A DNA stretch of 64,000 nt from Vicinamibacterales bacterium (GTDB lineage Bacteria > Acidobacteriota > Vicinamibacteria > Vicinamibacterales > UBA2999). Made by a program: the position numbers and the translations under genes. The stretch lies in the NCBI GenBank assembly GCA_035647075.1, contig DASROF010000168.1, positions 23,456-87,455 on the forward strand. The letters run 5' to 3'. Positions 1-7,456 of the stretch are shown here, in pieces. Position 1 is the first letter of the stretch. The number at the start of each line of letters is the position of its first letter. Below the pieces are notes generated by a model. The model saw only the letters and a program-made list of their open reading frames with translations, was not told the DNA's origin and did no database searches.

Positions 1-1116
1 TTTCGATCGCCGGTACAGCTCGAACGAGCCTGTCTGGAAGATCTCGTGATGGCCCGGCTCCATGGAATCACGATGGGCCTCGACGTCTGCGCGACGTTTC
101 ACATGGGCATCGCGCCCGCCGAACTGCGAGAGATCGCAGCCAGAGTCGTGCGTCGCGGTGCGCCCGCGTACCTGATGGCGGTGGCCGGCAACGCCGACCC
201 GATGCTCGGCTACCTGACAACGTCCTTCCGTGAGCATCCAGCGTTGCGTCGCGACAACAACGCGGCGACCACTCCTGCGATGCGCCGGTGGTTCTCGGAG
301 ATCAACTCGACGTCGGGTGCCCAGGCGCTCGACCGTCTCGCCCACTTGTACGCCTTGTACACCCGCGCCGGTGGGGAGAAGCGGACGACGGTCGCGCTCG
401 AGGAGGAGGCCCGGCGCAAAGTCGTCGAGTTGCGAGAGCGAGGGTTCGACATCGCGGCGAATGACGCCTCCGGAACGGCCCGCGTGGATCGAATCTACAG
501 TCACGCGCGGCAGGCCCTGTATGCGAGGTTGGACGAGGCGGTGCTGGGCGAGGCGGGCGGCACTCACATTCGCGTCCGAACGGTTGCCGTTGATCGCGAT
601 GATTACCTCGCCCACCCCACTGCCGGCGAACGGCTATCCGACGTGAGCGTCACGACGCTGTTGAGATCGATACCTCCCGGACTGCGCGAGATTCAGATCG
701 TCGTGTCCGACGGGCTGAACGCGGATTCAATCAACGAACAGCTGCGCTCGCTGCTTCCCCCTCTACGGCGACGGCTCGCCGGCGAGGGCCACCGTCTCAG
801 TGAGACGGCAGTCGTGGTGCAGAACGGCCGCGTGCGTGCCGGTTACCACGTTGCGCAGCTGCTCCGTTCGGAGGTTTTGATACACGTGATCGGCGAACGG
901 CCGGGCACTGGACTCAACACCGCGAGCGCGTACCTGACCTACGGGCGCGATGCCGCCGGCCAGCTGCGATGGGATCCGGCTCTCGATCATTCCTGCACGA
1001 CCGCGGTATGCGGGATCCACCCGAACGGCAAACCGCCAGAGGCCGCGGTCGTCGAAATCGCGAGGACCGTTCAGAGGATGTGTGAGCAGCGCCGCTCGGG
1101 CGTCGCTCTGCGCTAG
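1..1116 (+). CDS. eutBC: Ethanolamine ammonia-lyase with heavy-chain (EutB) C-terminal part fused in frame to light chain (EutC); 5' end lies outside the window
   Basis: Frame 1 is open from nt 1. The EutB-like C-terminus reads 'GLDVCATFHMG...DPMLGYLTTSFREH'. A linker follows, then EutC-like 'IVVSDGLNADSI...VIGERPGTGL..SAYLTYG'. Stop is TAG at 1114-1116. Confidence 0.8.
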   Translation, partial: FRSPVQLERACLEDLVMARLHGITMGLDVCATFHMGIAPAELREIAARVVRRGAPAYLMAVAGNADPMLGYLTTSFREHPALRRDNNAATTPAMRRWFSEINSTSGAQALDRLAHLYALYTRAGGEKRTTVALEEEARRKVVELRERGFDIAANDASGTARVDRIYSHARQALYARLDEAVLGEAGGTHIRVRTVAVDRDDYLAHPTAGERLSDVSVTTLLRSIPPGLREIQIVVSDGLNADSINEQLRSLLPPLRRRLAGEGHRLSETAVVVQNGRVRAGYHVAQLLRSEVLIHVIGERPGTGLNTASAYLTYGRDAAGQLRWDPALDHSCTTAVCGIHPNGKPPEAAVVEIARTVQRMCEQRRSGVALR

Positions 1117-1550
1117 GACGTGAGCTTTCCCTGCAGGCAGGCGAAGAAGCGGTCCATCATCATCTTCGAGACGCCGGCGAGCAGACGCTGACCCACTCGC
1201 GCCACCGGTCCGGCAGCCTGTACGGTGCCGTGCACGTCAACGACAGTGACGTTTCCCTCTGGGCGCAGCGACACGGCGGCACTCCCCTTTACCGAGCCTG
1301 GTCGACCCTGCCCTTCCGCCGTCAGGCGATACGACTTCTCGGACACTTTGTCCGCGAGGACGACCGTCCCTTCATACGTGCCGGTGATTGCCGCCAGTGC
1401 GACGTTCAAGCGCGCCTTGTAGCGGTCCTCGCCCAACGGCTCGAACGCTTCACACCCCGGAATGCATGACGAAATCACCTGCGGGTCCATCAGGATGTCC
1501 CACACGCGATCGGGTGGTGCGTTGAATGTATACGTGCCTGCGATATCCAT
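1113..1550 (-). CDS. CoxG-like SRPBCC family protein (carbon monoxide dehydrogenase subunit G family)
   Basis: 145-aa ORF with a typical CoxG N-terminus, 'MDIAGTYTFNAPPDRVWDILMDPQVISSCIPGCE', and a matching length. It lies 27 nt downstream of the VWA gene. Confidence 0.75.
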   Translation of the reverse strand: MDIAGTYTFNAPPDRVWDILMDPQVISSCIPGCEAFEPLGEDRYKARLNVALAAITGTYEGTVVLADKVSEKSYRLTAEGQGRPGSVKGSAAVSLRPEGNVTVVDVHGTVQAAGPVARVGQRLLAGVSKMMMDRFFACLQGKLTS

Positions 1551-1577
1551 AATGAGAGAAGGCCTCAGGAAAAGGGG

Positions 1578-2696
1578 TCAGGCCTCAGAGAGTGCGTTCA
1601 AGTGTACTGAAAGGTCGACGAGGTTGGTCAGCGTCCGTGCCGGCAGAAAGTCGTCGACGTACGGCAGCGCTGCCTGCAACCCGCGTGTCAAGGGCGCGTA
1701 ATCCGTCGTGCCGATGAGCGGGTTCAGCCAGATGAAGCGGTGACAGCTGCGCTGAAGCCTGGCGACCTGCTGGCGGAGGACTTCCGGATCGCCGCGGTCC
1801 CACCCGTCGGAAATGAGCAGCACGACTGGTCCGCCGTGCAGCACACGGCGCATCCACTGTTGATGCAGTGTCTTCAGCGCCTCGCCGATCCGGGTTCCAC
1901 CCGACCAGTCAGGAACGGCGCGGGCGGCACCGGCGACGGCAGCATCAAGTCCCCGCATCCGCAATTCGTTGGTAATCCGCGTCAGCGAGGTCGAGAACAC
2001 AAATGCCTCGACACGGACGTGGCGTTTCGCGAGCGCATGCGAGAAGTGCAGAAGCATTCGCGAATACCGCTCCATCGAACCGCTGACGTCGCACAACAAC
2101 ACGATCGGCCGGCGCCGCAGACGGCGCTTCCGGCGAGGAAGGCGAACGACCACGCCGCCGGTGCGGACGCTGCCCGCGAGGGCACGCCGGATATCGATGC
2201 GAGGTCCATCACCACGAATCCATCGCCGGGTCCGCCGTTGCCCTGGATTCCACGTGAGCCGATCCAGCGCGGCACTGGCGACCGCCATCTCGTCTGGGGT
2301 GAAATCGGCGAAGTCCTTCGTTGCCAGGATCGCAGTCGCACTCCACGTCTTCAGTGCGCCGCCTTCCCCCTCGCCGTCGCTCGCGTCACCGACCATCTCG
2401 ATCGCCGCCGACGTCGCGGCAGGCGCGTCTGGGTCGCGCCGGTCGTCGAGTCTGCTGCGGGTCGGCTGCGCGTCGCGCCGGCTCCAGAACAGTTCGAAGG
2501 TGCGATCGAAGAGCTGCAGATCTTCGCGTCGGTGGACGAGCAGGGTGCGGCAGGTGTGGTACACCTCGTCGCGCGATGCAAGATCGATGTACTGGAGCGC
2601 CTTGAGCAGGTCCAGCATGCGGCCCATGTGGATTTCGAGACCAGCCGCGCGGAGCAGGCGGCCGAAGACGAGCAGGTTCTCAGCGAGATGTGACAC
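1578..2696 (-). CDS. VWA domain-containing CoxE-like protein
   Basis: The MIDAS motif DxSxS is present ('LLCDVSGSMERY'), with a CoxE-like N-terminus 'VSHLAENLLVFGRLLRAAGLEI'. Start reassigned to GTG 2696, because the 61 aa upstream in the tracked ORF overlap the MoxR gene and look like junk. This start overlaps the MoxR stop by 17 nt. Confidence 0.8.
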   Translation of the reverse strand: MSHLAENLLVFGRLLRAAGLEIHMGRMLDLLKALQYIDLASRDEVYHTCRTLLVHRREDLQLFDRTFELFWSRRDAQPTRSRLDDRRDPDAPAATSAAIEMVGDASDGEGEGGALKTWSATAILATKDFADFTPDEMAVASAALDRLTWNPGQRRTRRWIRGDGPRIDIRRALAGSVRTGGVVVRLPRRKRRLRRRPIVLLCDVSGSMERYSRMLLHFSHALAKRHVRVEAFVFSTSLTRITNELRMRGLDAAVAGAARAVPDWSGGTRIGEALKTLHQQWMRRVLHGGPVVLLISDGWDRGDPEVLRQQVARLQRSCHRFIWLNPLIGTTDYAPLTRGLQAALPYVDDFLPARTLTNLVDLSVHLNALSEA

Positions 2697-3570
2697 GAGC
2701 GAGGATTCCAGCAAGTCGCTCGCCGCGTACGGCGTCGATATCGTCCTTCGACTTGAGGACGGTGCCCAGGGTCTGCTCGGCAGCCGCGGCGTCGAGTGTC
2801 TGCCGATCGAGGGCGACCAGGGCGCGCGCCCAGTCCAGCGTTTCCGAGACACCGGGCACCTTGTACAGTTCGAGCCCACGTAGTCCTTGCACCGCTGCGG
2901 TCACCTGCTCGGCAAGGCGCGTCGACGCTTCAGGGACCCGCTCGCGAACGATGGCGATTTCCTTCTCGTACGAGGGGTACTCGATCCACTGGTACAGGCA
3001 GCGCCGCTTCAGCGCATCGTGAACCTCGCGCGTCCGGTTGGACGTGAGGATCACCAGCGGCGGCTCGGCGGCGCGGACCGTGCCGAACTCAGGAATCGTG
3101 ATCTGGAACTCGGCGAGGAGCTCGAGCAGATAGCCTTCGAACTCTTCATCCGCGCGATCGATTTCGTCGATGAGAAGCACCGCGGGGCGGCTGCGCGCAG
3201 GATCAATCGCCTGCAACAGCGGTCTCTTGATCAGGAACGCTTCGCTGTAGATCTCACGTCTCGCCGCGGCACGTTCGACGTGCTCGGTGGCTTCCAGAAT
3301 CCGCAGTTCGATGAGCTGGCGTGCGTAGTCCCACTCATACACGGCATGGCTCACGTCGAGCCCCTCATAGCACTGCAGGCGGATCAGGTCGGTGTCCAGT
3401 GCAGCCGCTGCTGATGCCGCCAGAGAGGTCTTGCCAACGCCGGCCTCGCCTTCGAGAAACAGCGGACGCTTCAGCGTGAGCGCGAGATACAGGGAGACCG
3501 CAAGCCCCTGATCGGCGATGTAGTGCTGCGCGCTCAGGCGCTGCTGAAGCTCGGAAAGGGAGCCGAACAC
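2680..3570 (-). CDS. MoxR-family AAA+ ATPase (CoxD-like)
   Basis: Walker A 'GEAGVGKT' and Walker B 'VLLIDEIDRADEE'. The 296-aa length is typical of MoxR/CoxD. Its ATG directly abuts the stop of the upstream gene. Confidence 0.9.
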   Translation of the reverse strand: MFGSLSELQQRLSAQHYIADQGLAVSLYLALTLKRPLFLEGEAGVGKTSLAASAAAALDTDLIRLQCYEGLDVSHAVYEWDYARQLIELRILEATEHVERAAARREIYSEAFLIKRPLLQAIDPARSRPAVLLIDEIDRADEEFEGYLLELLAEFQITIPEFGTVRAAEPPLVILTSNRTREVHDALKRRCLYQWIEYPSYEKEIAIVRERVPEASTRLAEQVTAAVQGLRGLELYKVPGVSETLDWARALVALDRQTLDAAAAEQTLGTVLKSKDDIDAVRGERLAGILARVTSR

Positions 3571-4122
3571 CTAACGGAAGGAGAACTTGGTCTGTGCGGA
3601 TGTGCCACTACCGAACGGCCACAGGATCGATCCGTAGCTCGGTCGTGCGCTCGCGCTGACCCGCACGTAATAATCCCGATTCCGTGTGAGCACACGGGTA
3701 CTGAAAAGGGGCGCGTCCTTGACTTTCGTCATCCACTGACGAACTTCGAGAGGGTCAAGCGTGGTCACGGCTTCCCGCGGTTCGCTCCGACCATTGATAC
3801 GGCGTTCGAGCGTGTACTTTCGCTCCAGGTTGTCGTACTCGACGCTGGTCGTGACGATCGACTGCGCGACCGTGCGGTCGAGCCAGAATCCGGCATCGAC
3901 TCGAAGATCGACGGTGTAGGTGAAGATTGTTTTGAGGCCGCTGTCGATCGCGGCGCGCACGTCCGGTGTCAGACCGTCGCGCAACTCAAAATTGACGATG
4001 AGAGAATCGCCGCGGACGACCGGGACGACCTGAAGGCCCTTCGCTGCCTGCGCAGCCAATGGTGCAGTGGCCGCGATCAGGGCGAGGACGGCAAGCCCGA
4101 TCCGTGCATTTTTGAACACCAT
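3571..4122 (-). CDS. Secreted hypothetical protein, DUF4390-like
   Basis: Start moved to ATG 4122, giving signal peptide 'MVFKNARIGLAVLALIAATAPLAAQA'. The pattern 'LIVNFELRDGLTPDVRAAIDSGLKTIFTYTVDLR' resembles DUF4390, recognised by eye only. It is the first gene of the MoxR/VWA/CoxG operon. Confidence 0.5.
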   Translation of the reverse strand: MVFKNARIGLAVLALIAATAPLAAQAAKGLQVVPVVRGDSLIVNFELRDGLTPDVRAAIDSGLKTIFTYTVDLRVDAGFWLDRTVAQSIVTTSVEYDNLERKYTLERRINGRSEPREAVTTLDPLEVRQWMTKVKDAPLFSTRVLTRNRDYYVRVSASARPSYGSILWPFGSGTSAQTKFSFR

Positions 4123-4198
4123 GCGCGTCGGGATGCCAATGTAGCACATCGTGGGAGCCGCTCGGGTATTATTCTGCTGAGGTCTTCCAACGAGATCA

Positions 4199-5272
4199 GT
4201 GCGCAGAACCGCTGCCGCCATGATCGCTGTGTCGCTGCTCGCGGTGTCCGCACCGCGTCCGTCGGCCCAAGGTCTGTTTCCGACTCAGCCGAGCCTGACG
4301 TTCTCGCTCTTCGAGCGGTATCTGGATTCGCTGCGTGTTCAGGCTGGCATCCCGGGTCTGTCCGCGCTCATCCTCCAGGACGGCGTGATCGTCTGGGAGC
4401 GCGGCTTCGGCCGCGCCGACATCGAGCGTGCGCTCGAGCCGACGTCTTTCACCGCCTATCAGATCGGCGGGCTGTCGCAGGCGATGGGCGCCACGTTGTT
4501 CCTCAAGAAGTGTGTCGATGAAAACTCCGGCTCGCCGAACGATCCCCTGAGCCTCTGGTATCCCCTCTTTCCTGAGCGCACGACCACCGCCGCGCAATTG
4601 CTCGGGCACGTCGCGCCTGTTGGCGGATACAAGTACGACCTGACTCGTGTTGCGGCTGTGACGCCTGCAGTCGAAGCCTGCAGCGGGCTGCCGTATCAGC
4701 AGCTCATCGCCGAAGACGTTTTCTCGCGTCTCGGCCTGGCCGACTCCGTTCCGGGGAGCGCACTCGGCGCACCGACGCCCGAAGACGTCCGGCAGTTCGG
4801 CACCAATAACCTGGCGCGATATGCGGCCACGCTCAGCCGCGCCGCCAAGGGCTACAAGGTGGACACACGCGGCCGCGCGACGCGCACGGATCTGCCGCCA
4901 GCTCATTCGAACGTCGCGACGGGTCTGATTTCCACGGCGCGCGATCTTGCGAGGTTCGACGCCGGGCTTCGATACAACATCCTGTTGCGCCCGGAAACCC
5001 AGCTGAATGCGTGGACGTCCGTCGGTCCGGGGCTTCCCACCGGGCTCGGCTGGTTCGTTCAGAGCTACAACGGCGTCCCGGTCATCTGGCAGTTTGGCAC
5101 TGTGCCCGACGCGTTTTCGTCGCTGATGCTGAAGGTGCCGACGCGTGGATTGACGCTAATCCTGCTCGCGAATAGCGACGGTCTGAGTCCACCGCTCCTC
5201 GCGCTCGAGAAGTCGGGCGACGTGACCGCGTCCGTATTCGCGCGGACCTTCCTGCGCATGTACGTGCCTTGA
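4199..5272 (+). CDS. Beta-lactamase-fold serine hydrolase family protein, secreted, with a degenerate active-site motif
   Basis: A signal peptide is present, followed by family signatures 'GIPGLSALILQDGVIVWERGFG' and 'GLISTARDLARF'. The expected SxxK box reads S-Q-A-M at 4475-4486. Confidence 0.7.
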   Translation: MRRTAAAMIAVSLLAVSAPRPSAQGLFPTQPSLTFSLFERYLDSLRVQAGIPGLSALILQDGVIVWERGFGRADIERALEPTSFTAYQIGGLSQAMGATLFLKKCVDENSGSPNDPLSLWYPLFPERTTTAAQLLGHVAPVGGYKYDLTRVAAVTPAVEACSGLPYQQLIAEDVFSRLGLADSVPGSALGAPTPEDVRQFGTNNLARYAATLSRAAKGYKVDTRGRATRTDLPPAHSNVATGLISTARDLARFDAGLRYNILLRPETQLNAWTSVGPGLPTGLGWFVQSYNGVPVIWQFGTVPDAFSSLMLKVPTRGLTLILLANSDGLSPPLLALEKSGDVTASVFARTFLRMYVP

Positions 5273-5877
5273 TCCTGGTTCCGGCGCGCGGGCGCATTCT
5301 CGTCCTCGCGGTTCTGTTTCTCTGCTGCCAGGTGGCTGAGGCACGGGCTGACTTCTTCATCACGCCATTCCTCGGCTCCGAGTTCGCCGGCAGCACAACC
5401 CTGCTCGACCTGGACACCGGTGCGGCATCCTCGAAGCACTGGACGTTTGGCGGGAGCGCCGCATGGCTATCAGACGGAATCCTCGGCGTCGAGGCCGACT
5501 TCTCGATCGTGCCGGGCTTCTTTCAGAACTCCAGCGGCACCGGTCTGGTCATCGGGAGTCGTGTGACGACCCTGACCGGCAGCGTGATCGTGGCTCTACC
5601 GCTGAGCGTCACCCGTGAGTCATTGCGGCCCTACGCCGTTGGTGGACTCGGTCTGCTGCACGCCAGCTCGGAAGACATCCTGAGCCTGAACGAGTCCGGC
5701 GACTGGCTTGGGCTGCAGATCGGCGCAGGCGCGATCGGGTTGATCACGAACCGGGCTGGTGTCAGATTTGACCTCCGCCATTTGCGGGCGCTGAGCCGCG
5801 ATACGACATTGCGGGGCGAGCAGACGTCAAAGCTGAGCTTCTGGCGCGCCACCGTTGGTGTGACGCTCAGATATTGA
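5269..5877 (+). CDS. Outer-membrane beta-barrel protein (OmpW/porin-like)
   Basis: TTG start overlaps the upstream stop. It has a signal peptide, alternating hydrophobic beta-strand patterns, and a C-terminal 'VGVTLRY' ending in an aromatic residue, as is typical of OMPs. Confidence 0.55.
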   Translation: MILVPARGRILVLAVLFLCCQVAEARADFFITPFLGSEFAGSTTLLDLDTGAASSKHWTFGGSAAWLSDGILGVEADFSIVPGFFQNSSGTGLVIGSRVTTLTGSVIVALPLSVTRESLRPYAVGGLGLLHASSEDILSLNESGDWLGLQIGAGAIGLITNRAGVRFDLRHLRALSRDTTLRGEQTSKLSFWRATVGVTLRY

Positions 5878-5962
5878 TCGCATAACCGGCGACAATGCGG
5901 TGCCTTAGCGATTGTTCTGAGCCGAACATGGAATTGGTCAAAGCCTTGCACTGGAGTCGGTC

Positions 5963-7372
5963 ATGACTTCACGAATGTCCACACATCGGTACGGACGACT
6001 CCTTCCGGCGTTTCTGGTCGCCGTCGCGGTGACGGGTCAGGCCGTTGCGCAGACGAAGATCGTCGCGCCCAGGAACGGATATCCGGTCAGCGAGGACGTC
6101 AAGCTCGGTCGTGAAGCGTCGGACGAAGTGCGTAAAGAGCTGCCGATGCTGAACGACAACCGCGTTGACGACTGGGTGGCTGACGTCGGCGCGAGTCTCG
6201 TCCGCGCGATTCCCGCGGAGTTCCAGCATCCGGAGTTCCACTACACCTTCACCGTCGTCAATCAGAAGGAAATCAACGCGTTCGCGCTTCCAGGCGGACC
6301 GATGTATCTCAATCGCGGAATGATCGAGGCAGCCAACAGCGAGGGCGAAGTGGCCGGCGTCATGGCGCATGAAATCTCGCACGTCGCGTTGCGTCACGGA
6401 ACCGCACAGGCGACTAAGGGGCAGGGCGCCGCGATCGGAGGAGCGGTTGGCCAGATCCTTGGCGGGATCATCGGCGGCGGTCTTGGCCAGATTCTGTCCA
6501 CCGGCTCACAGATCGGCGCCGGCCTGAAGCTGATGCAGTACAGTCGCGAGTTTGAAAGCCAGGCGGACATCCTCGGCGCACAGATTCTTGCGCGCGCGGG
6601 CTACGACCCGCGCGAGATGGCCAACATGTTCAAGACCATCGAGCGTGAGAGCGGCGGTGGCGGTCCACAGTGGATGAGTAGCCATCCGAATCCGGGCAAC
6701 CGCTACAACGCGATCACCGCGGAAGCGCAGAACCTGCGGATTCAGGGCCGGGCCAACACCGGTCAGTTCCAGACGATTCAGGCGCGGCTGGGCGACATGT
6801 CGCCTGCGCTCACGGCCGAACAGATCGCCAAGGGGCAGAAGACCGGCAACGGTACCGGCACGGTGCGGACCGGCAACCGCAGGGTCCAGGTCGATCCGCC
6901 ATCGAATTCATACCGTGTCCGCAACCCGATGGACTTCCTTCGAGTGTCGGTGCCATCGAACTGGGATGAGGTGGATGCGCGCGATGGCGTCACGTATGCG
7001 CCGGCCGGAGCATTTTTCAACGACAACGGCTCCACGGCGTTCACGCATGGCATTCAGTTCGGCGTCGCACAGGGATCGGGGAATCTGCAGCGCGACACGC
7101 AGCGGCTGCTGAATGCGTTTGCCCAGAGCAACCCGAATCTCCGGCAGCAGACATCGCTGCAGCGCGACAACGTCGGCGGGCGCACCGGCTACACCACGGT
7201 CCTGTCGAATGTGTCGGAGGTCACAGGACAGCGGGAGCGCATCGCGCTGTCGACGACGCAGATGAGGGATGGCAACCTGCTCTACGTGGTTGGGGTGGCG
7301 CCGCAGACCGAATCGCAGACCTACGACGCCACGTTCCGCAAGGTCCGCCAGTCGGTTCAGATTCGAGATTGA
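5963..7372 (+). CDS. M48 family metalloprotease (secreted/periplasmic)
   Basis: Contains 'NAFALPGGPMYLNRG', the zinc site 'GVMAHEISHVALRHG' (HExxH) and 'SREFESQADILG'. A signal peptide is present. Confidence 0.85.
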   Translation: MTSRMSTHRYGRLLPAFLVAVAVTGQAVAQTKIVAPRNGYPVSEDVKLGREASDEVRKELPMLNDNRVDDWVADVGASLVRAIPAEFQHPEFHYTFTVVNQKEINAFALPGGPMYLNRGMIEAANSEGEVAGVMAHEISHVALRHGTAQATKGQGAAIGGAVGQILGGIIGGGLGQILSTGSQIGAGLKLMQYSREFESQADILGAQILARAGYDPREMANMFKTIERESGGGGPQWMSSHPNPGNRYNAITAEAQNLRIQGRANTGQFQTIQARLGDMSPALTAEQIAKGQKTGNGTGTVRTGNRRVQVDPPSNSYRVRNPMDFLRVSVPSNWDEVDARDGVTYAPAGAFFNDNGSTAFTHGIQFGVAQGSGNLQRDTQRLLNAFAQSNPNLRQQTSLQRDNVGGRTGYTTVLSNVSEVTGQRERIALSTTQMRDGNLLYVVGVAPQTESQTYDATFRKVRQSVQIRD

Positions 7373-7390
7373 CCTGACCTGAAACGACAC

Positions 7391-7448
7391 CACCGAGGCA
7401 CTGAGGCACTGAGATGAAGATTTACTCGGTGGCCTCACTGTCTCGGTG
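7391..7448. terminator. Long imperfect hairpin between convergent genes (candidate bidirectional terminator built from CTGAGGCA-type short repeats)
   Basis: The left arm 'caccgaggcactgaggcactgag' pairs with the right arm 'ctcggtggcctcactgtctcggtg' around an 11-nt loop. It lies between the M48 stop (7372) and the PBP1A stop (7457). There is no strong T-tract. Confidence 0.45.
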
Positions 7449-7456
7449 TGTTGTGA

